NCBI GenBank assembly: GCA_963789855.1
Contig: CAWBMM010000018.1
Span: forward strand, 736 to 64,735
From: an uncultured Actinomycetota bacterium
Lineage (GTDB): Bacteria; Actinomycetota; Actinomycetes; JACCUZ01
DNA: 64,000 nt
Direction: 5' to 3'
Shown here one piece after another: positions 9,852 to 25,401 of this stretch. Position 1 is the stretch's first letter; every line of letters begins with the position of its first letter. The notes beneath the pieces were generated by a model, which worked only from the letters and a program-made list of their open reading frames with translations, made no database searches and had not been told where the DNA came from. Made by a program: the position numbers and the translations under genes.

Positions 9852-10427
9852 CTAGGCCCGGACGGCCTCGGCCTCGACCTCGTCGAGCACCGCGTAGAGC
9901 AGGGCGAGCAGGACGTTCTTGACCGACTCCTTGTCGGTGGCGTCGCAGCCGAGGATGGCGATGTCCGACGGGATGCTCAGCCGGTCGCGGACGCCCTCGA
10001 TGAGCGCGTGGTCGTCGCCGGCCGCCCGGTTGAGCGCGACGACGTACGGCACCCGGGCCATCGTGCGGAACGCGTCCAGGATGCTGACCGCCTCCTGCAC
10101 CGACTCCTCCCGCGTGGTGTCGATGAGCAGCAGGTAGCCGAGCATCCCCTCGCCGAGGATCTCCCACATGAAGTCGAACCGGTCCTGCCCGGGCGTGCCG
10201 AACAGGTAGAGCACCAGGTCGCGGTCGATGGTGATGCGACCGAAGTCCATCGCCACCGTGGTCTCGGCCTTGCGCTTGCGGGTCGAGTCGGTGATGCCGC
10301 GCTCGGTCGACAGGACGGTGATCTCGCTGATCGTGCGGATCAGCGTCGTCTTGCCGGCGGCGAAGGGGCCGGTGACGACGACCTTCACCGCCTGACCCCC
10401 GCGACGGCGGGCTCGTGCGGTCGCCAC
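9852..10427 (-). CDS. MglA/CvnD-like small GTPase (ATP_bind_1-type)
   Basis: GPFAAGKTT (G1), TTVAMDFG (G2), LFGTPGQDRFDFMW (G3), VALNR (G4-like). Confidence 0.9.
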   Translation of the reverse strand: MATARARRRGGQAVKVVVTGPFAAGKTTLIRTISEITVLSTERGITDSTRKRKAETTVAMDFGRITIDRDLVLYLFGTPGQDRFDFMWEILGEGMLGYLLLIDTTREESVQEAVSILDAFRTMARVPYVVALNRAAGDDHALIEGVRDRLSIPSDIAILGCDATDKESVKNVLLALLYAVLDEVEAEAVRA

Positions 10428-11751
10428 TAGAGACCCCTCACGCCGGCGATGAGCCGCAGCATCAGGCTGCGGTTGACGTTCGGGTCGCGCTCGATGACCG
10501 AGGCGGCCTCCGGGTCCAGCGACGTGGCGGTCGCGCCGACGACGTCGCCGAGCCCGCCCATCGACGCCGACGGCCCGGCCTGCACCTGCAGCGGACGGCG
10601 TACGGCGGGAGCGTCGGGCTCGTGGTCGTCGAAGTCCGCCTGCCGGCGCGGCAGGAACGGCTCGGGCCGCGACGGCACGACGTCCTGCGGCACGTGGGCT
10701 CCGCCGAGCATCGTCGGGCCGCTCGATGCCGGCCGACGCGGTCGCCAGCTCGCGCTCGTCGTCGCCGTCGGAGTCCGCGCTCGATGCTGACGTCCTCGGA
10801 GCCGAAGTCCGCTCGGCGCCGATCCGGCGTCATCGGATACCTGGTCGGACCCGGCGTGAGCGTCGGACACGTATCCGTTGCGGTCAGAACCGGCCGAATC
10901 GGCAGCGGGATGCGGCCGGAGTCGTCGCCGCGGCGGCCGGCGTCGGCTCGGCCGGCGACCTCCTGCACCGGCACGAACGGCTCGCCCTCCAGCGGTGCGA
11001 GCAGCCGCTGCCGGCGCACCACGACCGTGACGTGGTCCTCGCCCTCGCCGGTGTCCGGGCGGACCTCCAGCAGGCCGCGCTGCACGAGCGCCGCCAGGGT
11101 GGACACGACGGCGTACTGGCCGCTGCCGGTGAGGTCGACGAGCTCGGTGACCGTACGCCGGCCGTCGACCAGCGCGAGCAGCGCCCACTCCTCGCGGCTG
11201 ACCTGCGGGTCGGCGGGCAGCACGACCGGCATCGACAGCACGGCGCGCGGCGACGGGACGACCTCGGACACGGACTCCCACGCGACCCGGCGGGCCTCGG
11301 CGTCGGCCAGGACCTCCTCGACGGTCAGCGCGACGCCGACCTCGTCGGGGTTGGCCTCGTCCATCACGAACGCGAAGTCGCCGGTGTGCCAGCGCAGCAG
11401 GTCGAACACCGCGTCCACGGCCTGGTCGGTCGCCGCGCGGCGCAGCAGGTCGGCGTCCATGACGCCCTGCTCGAGCAGCGCGCGCACCACGCCGACACCT
11501 TCGCCGGAGGTCGCGGTCTCGACCGCAGCGGCCAGCGCCTCGTCCGAGACCGTGCCGCTGCCCACCAGGCGGCGGGCCAGCGGCTGCCGGGAGCTGTCCG
11601 CGGAGGCACCGGTGACCTGGCCACCGGCGAGGAAGACGACGCCGTCGGACCCGTCCTGTGCCAGGTGCAGCCCGCCGCTCTTCTTGGTGAAGCTCAGCAG
11701 CTGGAACACGTCCGGCAGGCTGAACGCGTCGAGCGAGCCTTCGAGCTTCAC
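10427..11751 (-). CDS. DUF4388 (PatA-N-like) domain protein with winged helix and disordered C-terminal region (frameshifted)
   Basis: MKLEGSLDAFSLPDVFQLLSFTKKSGGLHL...LLRWHTGDFAF...EWALLALVDGRRTVTELV, ending ERDPNVNRSLMLRLIAGVRGL*. Confidence 0.8.
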
Positions 11752-11752
11752 G

Positions 11753-12338
11753 TCAGCTCCAGCTCGGTGGGCCGGCCGGGGTCTCGGCCGGCGTCTCCGC
11801 GATGTAGTCGTACGTCGGCTGGGCGACCACCTGCAGCGGCGCGGGCGCCGGCGGCAGCGGGGACACCCGGGCGACCGGCTCCGGAACCCACGCGGGCTCG
11901 AGCGAAGGCTCGGCGACCGTCTCGTAGGACAGCTCGGCCCGCAGCGCCTCGGCCACGACGGCCGCTGCCCGGCGTACCTCGAAGAGCATCAGGCCGACCT
12001 TGGCGCCCTTGGCGGCGACCGCCACCAGGACGGCCTCGTCGTCGGCCGAGATCAGGAAGACGGTGCCTTCCTCACCCTCGATGTAGACCTGGGACAGCTG
12101 GCCGCGGCCGAGTCCCTCGGCGGCGCGCTCCCCGAGGGAGAGCAGCGCGGCGCTCATGGCGGCCACCCGGTCCTCGTCCATGCCCGACCGGCAGGGCCGA
12201 GGCCATCGCCAGCCCGTCGAAGGACACGACCGAGGCCGCCTCGATCTCGGGAACCTGGCCCACCAGCTCGGACAGGATCTGGTCCAGCCGGCTCGACCTG
12301 CTGCTGCTCGTCCCGTGGTCGCCCAGTGCTGCGCTCAT
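11753..12338 (-). CDS. Roadblock/LC7 (MglB-like) protein with a Pro-rich tail (frameshifted)
   Basis: VPEIEAASVVSFDGLAMASALP joined to DEDRVAAMSAALLSLGERAAEGLGRGQLSQVYIEGEEG...KVGLMLFEVRR. Confidence 0.88.
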
Positions 12339-12401
12339 CGTCCACCTCGTGCCGCTCCCGCCGGCTCAGGCCTGTGCCTGTCCGGTACCGTCCATGGACC
12401 C

Positions 12402-12428
12402 ATCGGCCGGAGCGGCCAGCGCCTTGAG
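12402..12428 (-). promoter_or_regulatory. sigma28-type promoter heading the roadblock-DUF4388-GTPase operon
   Basis: CTCAAG-N15-GCCGAT between aroE and the roadblock gene. Confidence 0.7.
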
Positions 12429-12458
12429 CGGGGCGGGACGAACCCGGGCCGAACCGGC

Positions 12459-13288
12459 TCAGACGCGCAGCGCGCGCTCGCCGGCGGCCCGCATCACCGG
12501 CGCCAGCTCGGCCGGGTCCGCCTCGACGCCGGTCATCAGGGCCACCTGCAGCACGGCCTGGTGCACCAGCAGGTCCAGCCCGTCGACGACCAGCGCCTGC
12601 CGGGCCACCCAGGCGGCGGCCAGCGGGGTCGGCCACGGGTCGTAGAGCACCTCGAACAGCGCCCCGACCTGCCGCGGCACGGCCGGGACCAGCGCGGTCG
12701 GTGGCCCCGGCGGCGGTGGTGCTGACCACCAGCGGTGCGTCCAGCCCCTCGGCGGCCCGGGCCCACGGCGCGATCTCGAGCTCGACCCCGGCCCCGGCGG
12801 CGGCGCTCTGCAGGCCCGCGTGCCGCGCCGGGTCGCGCACGTAGGCGCGCACCGACCGGGTGACCGACGACAGCGCGACCACCGCCGAGCGGGCCGTCGC
12901 TCCCCCGCCGAGCACGCACGGCCCGGTCGACGCCGGCCACCTCGTGCGCCGCGAGCGCCGCGACCATGCCGGGCACGTCGGTGTTGACCCCGACCCGCCG
13001 GCCCTCCCGCAGCAGCACGGTGTTGGCCGCGCCGACCATCTCGACCACCGGCGAGGCGGCGTCGAGCAGCGGCAGCACGGCGGCCTTGAGCGGCATGGTG
13101 AGCGACAGCCCCGCCCAGCTCCGGTCCGAGCCCGGCCAGGAAGCCCGGCCAGGCCGGCCTCGTCGACGTCGTACGCCGTCGTAGGTCCAGCCCGTGAGCC
13201 CGAGGTGCTCGTACGCCGCCCGGTGCAGCACCGGCGACAGCGAGTGCCCGATCGGCGAGCCGAGGACGGCGGCCCGTCGCTGCGTCAC
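12459..13288 (-). CDS. aroE: Shikimate dehydrogenase (frameshifted)
   Basis: AVLGSPIGHSLSPVLH, GLSLTMPLK, GAANT, NTDVPG, EVLYDPWPT, GLDLLVHQA. Confidence 0.92.
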
Positions 13289-14406
13289 TGGTTGGACTTC
13301 AGCTCGTCCTTGAACTTCAGGAACTCCTGGTAGTCGCCGGTGAACTTCGTGGTGCCGGCCTGCGGGTCGGTGGTGACGAAGTACAGCCAGTCGCCCTCGG
13401 TCGGGTTGACGGCCGCGGTGAGCGCGGCCAGCCCGGGCGAGTTGATCGGTGCCGGCGGCAGCCCGGTGTTCTTGTAGGTGTTGTACGGCGAGTCGGCGCC
13501 GAGGTCCTCGTAGGTGACGATCTCCTTGTCGGCCTTGAGCGCGTAGTTGACCGTCGAGTCGAACTGCAGCGGCATCCCCTGCTCGAGCCGGTTGTAGACG
13601 ACGCGGGCGACCTTGCCGAAGTCCTCGGGGTTGCGCGCCTCGGCCTCGACCAGGCTGGCGATCGTGACGATCTCCTCCGGGGTGCGCTGGGTGCGCTCGA
13701 CCCCGGCCTTCTCGGCCGCGGCGCCGAAGGCGGCGAACAGCTGCTTCAGCACCGAGTCGGCATCGGCGTTGGGCTCGACGTCGTAGGTGGCCGGGAAGAG
13801 GAAGCCCTCCGGGTTGCCGTCGGCGTACGTCGGGAGGCCGAGCTTCTCGGCGTTCTGCTTCTTGAGGGCCTGCTCGTACTGCTTCAGCGGGATCTTGGTG
13901 TCCTTGGCGAGCCGTTGCAGCGTCTCGTCCAGCCGGAGGCCCTCGGGCAGGGTGACGCGGGCCTGGATCCGCGCCGCGGGGTCCAGCACGGCGGCGAGTG
14001 CGTCGGTCGCGGCCATCTTGCGGGCCAGCTGGTAGAAGCCCGGCTGCAGCTTGGAGGCGTCGGGGTCGGCGAAGGCTGCCTCGACGAACGCCTGGGTGCT
14101 CTTCACGACGTCCTGGGCCTTGAGGGTCTTCGCGACGTCGGCCGCGGTCTGGCCGGACTTCACCTCGATGACGACCTGGCCCTCGCCGGGGCCGGGGTAG
14201 TCGGGAGCCGACGACGAGCCGAAGGCGCTCTTGAGCTTGTTCAGGCCGCCGAGGGCGAGCACGGCTCCGCCGCCGAGGATGCCCGCCACCAGCAGCAGCG
14301 CGATCACCACGGCCAGGGCGGCCTTGCCGCGGCCACCCTTCTTCTTCCGGCGACGTCGGTGGGAGCGCGTCGTCTGCTCCTCCGACCACACGGACAGATC
14401 GGTCAT
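13285..14406 (-). CDS. mltG: Endolytic transglycosylase MltG
   Basis: TM segment, PEGFLFPATY, ASLVEAE, LQFDSTVNY, SPYNTY..GLPPAPINSPG. Confidence 0.93.
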   Translation of the reverse strand: MTDLSVWSEEQTTRSHRRRRKKKGGRGKAALAVVIALLLVAGILGGGAVLALGGLNKLKSAFGSSSAPDYPGPGEGQVVIEVKSGQTAADVAKTLKAQDVVKSTQAFVEAAFADPDASKLQPGFYQLARKMAATDALAAVLDPAARIQARVTLPEGLRLDETLQRLAKDTKIPLKQYEQALKKQNAEKLGLPTYADGNPEGFLFPATYDVEPNADADSVLKQLFAAFGAAAEKAGVERTQRTPEEIVTIASLVEAEARNPEDFGKVARVVYNRLEQGMPLQFDSTVNYALKADKEIVTYEDLGADSPYNTYKNTGLPPAPINSPGLAALTAAVNPTEGDWLYFVTTDPQAGTTKFTGDYQEFLKFKDELKSNQ

Positions 14407-14930
14407 GCCTCGCCTCTCACGTCGTTCTCGACCCTTTCACCCGGTTCCTCCCGAGCGATCGGGTCGTCAGCGCCCCGTGCGGAAAGTCCGACCAGCCTGC
14501 CAGGTGCCGTTCCTGATGTCCTCTCGGCGTCGAGCGCACCCTGCAAGATGATGACAGCAGCCGCCTGGTCGATCACGCTGCGTCCCTTGCGCGTGTCTAC
14601 CCCACTCGCGTGCAGCCCACGCTGGGCTCCGACGGTGGAGAACCGCTCGTCGACCAGGCGCACCGGCACCGACAGGCGGGCGGCCAGCGTCCCAGCGTAC
14701 GCGGTGGCCGCCTCGGCAGCCGGCCCGGCCCGGCCGGACAGCGACGTCGGCAGCCCGACGACCACCTCGACGGCCTCCCGGTCGGCCACCAGCCGGGCCA
14801 GCGCATCGACGTCGCCCTGACCGCGCCGCAGCGTCTCCACCGGCGTGGCGATCAGCCCGGCGGGGTCACAGGTGGCGACCCCGACCCGCACCGACCCGAC
14901 GTCGACGCCGAGGCGCACGCCGGGTCTCAT
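14403..14930 (-). CDS. ruvX: YqgF/RuvX resolvase-like RNase H-fold protein
   Basis: LGVDVGSVRVGVA, VVVGLP, VDERFST, IDQAAAVIILQ. Confidence 0.92.
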   Translation of the reverse strand: MRPGVRLGVDVGSVRVGVATCDPAGLIATPVETLRRGQGDVDALARLVADREAVEVVVGLPTSLSGRAGPAAEAATAYAGTLAARLSVPVRLVDERFSTVGAQRGLHASGVDTRKGRSVIDQAAAVIILQGALDAERTSGTAPGRLVGLSARGADDPIAREEPGERVENDVRGEA

Positions 14931-14946
14931 GCCCGCTCCGGCCGGC

Positions 14947-17975
<3,029 letters not shown>

Positions 17976-17976
<1 letters not shown>

Positions 17977-18410
17977 CAGTCGGCCTTCCGCCGCCGCTTC
18001 GCCGCGCGCGCGGCAGCCGCGTTGGCCCGGGTCTGGTCGGCCACCCGGCGGCGGGTGCGCTCACCGGGGCGGTCGGCCAGCGCGCTGCGGACCCCGTAGC
18101 TGAAGGCGGCGACCTTGACGACCGGCCCGCCGACGGTGGCGGCGAACAGCGCGGTCAGCGCCGACACGTTGGTGGTCGCGGACTGGACGTTCGAGGTGAT
18201 CGCGTCGACCCGCACCAGCTGCGCGTTGGTCGTGGTGACCGTGGTGGTGACCTCGGAGAGCAGCGGGACGGTCTCGTCGGAGACGCCCTTGATCATGGTC
18301 CGCGTCTCGTCGAAGACGCCGCCGAGCTTGATGAGCGGGATCGCCAGCACGCCCACCAGCAGCACGAACGCGACGGCCGCGATGAGTCCGGCGATGTCTC
18401 CGACTGACAT
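17976..18410 (-). CDS. DUF948 family membrane protein
   Basis: MSVGDIAGLIAAVAFVLLV...VDAITSNV...GGPVVKVAAFSYGVR. Confidence 0.85.
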
Positions 18411-18475
18411 GCCGAGGACCCTATCGCGGGCGTCCCCCGCTCCGGCGATACGCGTCCGGGCGCCGCGGTCTGCGG

Positions 18476-18532
18476 CGAGTGGTGAGGGCGAGGGGTCGCC
18501 AAGCGCCCGCGAGCCCCCGGAGCAACCACTCG
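18476..18532. repeat. 57-nt REP-like hairpin, upstream copy
   Basis: CGAGTGGTGA...GAGCAACCACTCG; same length and ends as 19579..19635. Confidence 0.7.
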
Positions 18533-18634
18533 CGCCGCTCGACGGACGATCCCCAGCCGCCGCGGGACCCGAACCCGTCCACAGATCGCCGCGGGCACGC
18601 TCTCCGCCGACCGCGGGTGCTCGACGCTCGCACG

Positions 18635-19588
18635 ATGACCACCCCGCAGCCCGCTCTGCGCACCGCCGACCTCCGGTCGCTGGGCGTCTCCGCGGACGAG
18701 CTGCGTGGACCGAGGTGGCGCAGCCCCTTCCGCGGGTTCCACACACCCAGCATCCCGGGGCCCCCACCGCCCGCCCAGCGGCTCGCCGACGCCGTCGCGC
18801 TCGTCCCGCCCGGCGGTGCTGTCGCGGGCTGGGCTGCGGCTCACCTCCTCGGCGCCTCCGAGCTGGACGGTCGGGGCCGCTCGGGCCACGACTCGGAGGA
18901 CATCGTCATCGTCGTCCCCCGGAGCACGCACCTGACGGTGCGGGCGGGCGTGCGCTACCGGCGCTGGGCGCTGGCCGACGACGACCTCCGGGAGGTGGCC
19001 GGAACCCGCGTCACGAGCCCGATCCGGACGGCGTTCGACCTGGCACGTGCCTCGACGGTCGAGGAGGGACTCGTCGCCACCGACATCGCCTGCCGGCAGC
19101 TCGGGATCGATCCGCGGGACGTCGAGGAGTACCTGCGGGCTCACCCGCGCAAGCGCGGGGTGCCGGTCGCCCGGGCAGTCCTGTCACTGACCGATCCCCG
19201 GTCGAGGTCGAGCGGGGAGACGCGGCTGCGCTACGTCTGGGTGGTCGAGGCGGGCCTGCCGCGACCACAGTGCAACCCGTACGTGCTGGACGCCGACGGG
19301 GTCGTCGTCGCGATGCCCGATCTGCTCGACCTGGAGTCCGGGTTGGCCGGGGAGTACGACGGCAGCACCCACCGGGGCTTGCGTGAGCACACCGAGGACA
19401 ACGCTCGTGAAGAGTGCCTCGAGGACCTCGGTGTCGAGGTGGTGCGGGCAACGTCCCTCGACCTCGGACCTGCGCGGGCCCGGACGGTCGGCCGTCTTCT
19501 CGCCGGTCAGCGGCGGGCCGCTTCGGCCACCCGGGCCTGGGGCTGGCGACCGAGCCCGCTGCCTGGTCGAGCCAGCGCCGAGTGGTGA
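18635..19588 (+). CDS. AbiEi-like plus DUF559/Vsr-like PD-(D/E)XK endonuclease-domain protein
   Basis: VTSPIRTAFDLAR, SRSSGETRLR...AGLPRPQCN...PDLLD...GEYDGSTH...DNAREECLEDLGVEVVR. Confidence 0.8.
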   Translation: MTTPQPALRTADLRSLGVSADELRGPRWRSPFRGFHTPSIPGPPPPAQRLADAVALVPPGGAVAGWAAAHLLGASELDGRGRSGHDSEDIVIVVPRSTHLTVRAGVRYRRWALADDDLREVAGTRVTSPIRTAFDLARASTVEEGLVATDIACRQLGIDPRDVEEYLRAHPRKRGVPVARAVLSLTDPRSRSSGETRLRYVWVVEAGLPRPQCNPYVLDADGVVVAMPDLLDLESGLAGEYDGSTHRGLREHTEDNAREECLEDLGVEVVRATSLDLGPARARTVGRLLAGQRRAASATRAWGWRPSPLPGRASAEW

Positions 19589-19637
19589 CTCGCGAGGCTG
19601 TCCGGCCACCGTCAGGCCCCGAGAGTCACCACTCGGC
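19577..19637. repeat. REP-like hairpin, downstream copy (overlaps the stop codon)
   Basis: 15-bp perfect inverted repeat GCCGAGTGGTGACTC / GAGTCACCACTCGGC. Confidence 0.8.
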
Positions 19638-19690
19638 TGCCGGCTCGCCGGTCGGGTCGCGTCAGGCACCCGCTCCGGTGCGCGCGGGTG

Positions 19691-21022
19691 TCAGGTGCCG
19701 CGGACCAGGCTGCGGAGCTTGTCCCAGAGGTCGGCCAGCCGGGCTTCGGCGCCGTACCGGGTGGGCCGGTAGTAGGTGCGCGGCAGCACGGCGTCGGGCG
19801 GGTACTGCTGGGCCGCGACGCCGCCGGGCTCGTCGTGCGGGTAGACGTAGCCGATGCCGGAGCCCACCTTGCCCGCGCCGCCGTAGTGCGCGTCGCGCAG
19901 TGCGGGCGGCACCGGACCCGCCAGCCCAGCCCGTACGTCGGCCAGCGCGGCATCGACCGCCGTGATCACCGCGTTGGACTTCGGCGCCAGCGACAGGTGG
20001 ATGACCGCCTGCGCCAGGTTGATCCGGCCCTCCGGCATGCCGATCAGCGCCACCGCGTCGGCCGCCGCCACCGCCGCCAGCAGCGCGGTCGGGTCGGCCA
20101 GCCCGATGTCCTCGGAGGCCAGGATGACCAGCCGGCGGGCGATGAACCGCGGGTCCTCCCCCGCCTCGATCATCCGGGCCAGGTAGTGCAGTGCGGCGTC
20201 GACGTCCGAGCCGCGCACCGACTTGATGAAGGCCGAGATCACGTCGTAGTGCTGGTCGCCGTCCCGGTCGTAGCGCAGCGCCGCCCGGTCGACCGCGGAC
20301 TCCAGGGTCTGTACGTCGAGCACGGTGGCCCCCGTCGCCATCGCCGCCCCGGCTCCGGCCTCCAGCGCGGTCAGCGCCCGCCGGGCGTCGCCCCCGGCCA
20401 CCCGCAGCAGGTGCGACATCGCCTCGTCGGACACCTCGATCGCGCCGTCGAGCCCGCGCGGGTCGGTCACCGCCCGGCGCACCACCTCCTCGACCCCGCC
20501 GTCGTCCAGCGGTGCCAGGGTGAGCAGCAGCGAGCGGGACAGCAGCGGCGACACCACCGAGAAGTACGGGTTCTCGGTGGTCGCCGCGACCAGGGTGACC
20601 CAGCGGTTCTCGACGGCCGGCAGCAGCGCGTCCTGCTGGGTCTTGGAGAAGCGGTGCACCTCGTCGATGAACAGCACCGTCTCGCGGTCGGACATCGCCG
20701 ACTGCCGCCGGGCCGCCTCGACGACCGCGCGCACGTCCTTGACCCCGGCGTTGACCGCGGACAGCTCGGTGAACGAGCGCCCGGTGGCCGAGGACACCAG
20801 GTAGGCCAGGGTCGTCTTGCCGGTGCCCGGCGGCCCCCACAGGATCAGCGACGCGGGGCCGGCGACCCCGCCGTCGCCCGCCACCAGCCGCCGGAGCGGC
20901 GACCCCGGCACCAGCAGGTGCTCCTGGCCGACCACCTCGTCCAGGGTGCGCGGCCGCATCCGGACCGCGAGCGGCTTGTCCGCGTCGCCGCGGTCGTCGG
21001 CAGCCGCCTCGAACAGGTCCAC
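19691..21022 (-). CDS. rarA: Replication-associated recombination protein A (MgsA/RarA)
   Basis: [51 protein letters not shown]. Confidence 0.95.
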   Translation of the reverse strand: MDLFEAAADDRGDADKPLAVRMRPRTLDEVVGQEHLLVPGSPLRRLVAGDGGVAGPASLILWGPPGTGKTTLAYLVSSATGRSFTELSAVNAGVKDVRAVVEAARRQSAMSDRETVLFIDEVHRFSKTQQDALLPAVENRWVTLVAATTENPYFSVVSPLLSRSLLLTLAPLDDGGVEEVVRRAVTDPRGLDGAIEVSDEAMSHLLRVAGGDARRALTALEAGAGAAMATGATVLDVQTLESAVDRAALRYDRDGDQHYDVISAFIKSVRGSDVDAALHYLARMIEAGEDPRFIARRLVILASEDIGLADPTALLAAVAAADAVALIGMPEGRINLAQAVIHLSLAPKSNAVITAVDAALADVRAGLAGPVPPALRDAHYGGAGKVGSGIGYVYPHDEPGGVAAQQYPPDAVLPRTYYRPTRYGAEARLADLWDKLRSLVRGT

Positions 21023-21091
21023 GGAGCGAACCTAACCCGCTCGGGTCGAAGGTCCCTGACCGGCGGCGCCGACGCCCCGGACAATGAGCGG

Positions 21092-23250
<2,159 letters not shown>

Positions 23251-23285
23251 GGCCGGCGCCCTGCTTGGCGCGGCTGGCGCCGGCG

Positions 23286-23471
23286 CCCGGCAGTGCTGCC
23301 CGTCAGCCGGACCTGTAGCGCTGCCCACACCAAGGTGGGCAGCGCGTGGCACCGGCCCGGCAGGGCTACCCGTCAGCAGGACCTGTAGCGCTGCCCACAC
23401 CAAGGTGGGCAGGCGCGGCTGGGCTGCGAGGCCGGTAGCCCTGCCCACACCAAAGTGGGCAGCGCTACAGG
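23286..23471. repeat. Three-copy palindromic REP/BIME-like array
   Basis: Core (CCTGTAGCG)CTGCCCAC-ACCAAG-GTGGGCAG(CGC) at about 23312, 23382 and 23432; periods 70 and 50 nt. Confidence 0.85.
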
Positions 23472-23543
23472 TGGGCGACAGCTGGGTGGCGTCGCGGGCC
23501 TGCCGGCCGAGCCCGCCCGGCCTGCCGAGCCCGCCCGGCCCGA

Positions 23544-23578
23544 CAGGTCAGTCAGGTCAGTCAGGTCAGTCAGGTCAG
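23544..23578. repeat. Short tandem repeat (CAGGTCAGT)x~4
   Basis: caggtcagtcaggtcagtcaggtcagtcaggtcag at the aspS stop. Confidence 0.8.
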
Positions 23579-25401
23579 CTCGTGCGCGGGCTCGGCGGCT
23601 CTCCGGGCTTCACCGGGTCGGCAGCACTGGACGGCGCCGGCGCCGGCACCGGCGCCGCGTCCACGCCGGTCTCCTTCCGCTGCTCCGGCGGCACCGGCGC
23701 GGGTGCGCCGGTCAGCGGGTCGTAGCCGCCGCCGCTCTTCGGGAAGGCGATGACGTCGCGGATCGACTCGCTGCGGGAGAGCAGCGCGCAGATCCGGTCC
23801 CAGCCGAAGGCGATGCCGCCGTGCGGCGGGGCGCCGTACGCGAAGGCGTCGAGCAGGAAGCCGAACTTCTCCTGCGCCTCCTCCTCGGAGAGCCCCATCA
23901 TCGCGAAGACCCGCTCCTGCACGTCGCGGCGGTGGATACGGATCGACCCGCCGCCGATCTCGTTGCCGTTGCAGACGATGTCGTAGGCGTACGCGAGGGC
24001 GTTGGCCGGGTCCTGCTCGAAGCGGTCGATCCACTCCGGCTTCGGCGAGGTGAAGGCGTGGTGCACTGCGGTCCACGCACCGGCACCGACCGCGACGTCG
24101 CCGGAGGCCCGCGCCTTGGCCGACGGCTCGAACAGCGGCGCGTCGACGACCCAGAGGAACGACCAGGCGTCCTCGTCGACCAGCCCGCAGCGCCGGCCGA
24201 CCTCGACCCGGGCTGCGCCGAGCAACGTCTGGGACGGCGTCGGCTCCCCCGCGGCGAAGAACACGGCGTCACCGGGCGCCGCGCCGGCGTGCCCGACGAT
24301 GCCCGCGCGCTCGGTCTCCGAGAGGTTCTTCGCCGTGGGCCCGCCCAGCTCGCCGTCCGCGCCGACGAGGACGTAGGCAAGACCGCGGGCGCCCCGGGAC
24401 TTGGCCCAGTCCTGCCACGCGTCGAGCTCCTTGCGCGACTGGGACGCGCCGCCGGGCATGACCACCGCACCGACGTACGGCGCCTGGAAGACCCGGAACG
24501 GCGTGCCGGCGAAGAACTCCGTGCAGTCGACGAGCTCCTGCCCGAAGCGCAGGTCGGGCTTGTCGGTGCCGTAACGGCGCATCGCCTCGGCGTAGGTCAT
24601 CCGCGGGATCGGCAGCTCGATGTCGTGACCGATGAGCTTCCAGAGGGCGACGAGCACCGCCTCGGCGGTCTCGAGGACGTCGTCCTCGTCGACGAAGCTC
24701 ATCTCGATGTCCAGCTGGGTGAACTCCGGCTGCCGGTCGGCCCGGAAGTCCTCGTCCCGGTAGCACCGGGCGATCTGGAAGTAGCGCTCCAGGCCCGCCA
24801 CCATCAGCAGCTGCTTGAACAGCTGCGGCGACTGGGGCAGGGCGTACCAGCTGCCCGGCGCGAGCCGCGCGGGAACGAGGAAGTCCCGGGCACCCTCGGG
24901 TGTCGACCGGGTCAGCGTCGGCGTCTCGACCTCGACGAAGTCGCGACCATGCAGCACGTCGCGGGCCGCCCGGCTCACCTCGCTGCGCAGCCGGATCGCC
25001 GCGGCGGGGGCAGCGCGCCGCAGGTCGAGGTAGCGGTAGCGCAACCGCACCTCCTCGCCCACCTCGACGTGCTCGTCGATCTGGAACGGCAGCGGTGCCG
25101 ACTCGTTGAGGACCGCGACGTCACTGGCCACCACCTCGATCTCGCCGGTCGGCAGGCTCGGGTTTGCGTTGCCCTCCGGCCGGACGCTGACCTCGCCGAC
25201 GACCTTGAGCACGTACTCGTTGCGCAGGCCGGCGGCGACCGCCTCGTCGCGGATCACCACCTGCACGAAGCCGGACGCGTCGCGCAGGTCGATGAAGGCG
25301 ACGCCGCCGTGGTCGCGTCGCCGGGCGACCCAACCGGTGAGGGTGACGGTCTGGCCCGCGTGCGACGCGCGCAGCACACCGGACTGGTGGGTGCGGATCA
25401 T
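23575..25401 (-). CDS. aspS: Aspartate--tRNA ligase (probably non-discriminating type)
   Basis: [62 protein letters not shown]. Confidence 0.97.
   Translation of the reverse strand: MIRTHQSGVLRASHAGQTVTLTGWVARRRDHGGVAFIDLRDASGFVQVVIRDEAVAAGLRNEYVLKVVGEVSVRPEGNANPSLPTGEIEVVASDVAVLNESAPLPFQIDEHVEVGEEVRLRYRYLDLRRAAPAAAIRLRSEVSRAARDVLHGRDFVEVETPTLTRSTPEGARDFLVPARLAPGSWYALPQSPQLFKQLLMVAGLERYFQIARCYRDEDFRADRQPEFTQLDIEMSFVDEDDVLETAEAVLVALWKLIGHDIELPIPRMTYAEAMRRYGTDKPDLRFGQELVDCTEFFAGTPFRVFQAPYVGAVVMPGGASQSRKELDAWQDWAKSRGARGLAYVLVGADGELGGPTAKNLSETERAGIVGHAGAAPGDAVFFAAGEPTPSQTLLGAARVEVGRRCGLVDEDAWSFLWVVDAPLFEPSAKARASGDVAVGAGAWTAVHHAFTSPKPEWIDRFEQDPANALAYAYDIVCNGNEIGGGSIRIHRRDVQERVFAMMGLSEEEAQEKFGFLLDAFAYGAPPHGGIAFGWDRICALLSRSESIRDVIAFPKSGGGYDPLTGAPAPVPPEQRKETGVDAAPVPAPAPSSAADPVKPGEPPSPRTS

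Noticed and set aside
23286-23471. Mini CRISPR array
   Set aside because: Only three units, unequal periods, homologous rather than unique spacers, and no cas genes nearby.
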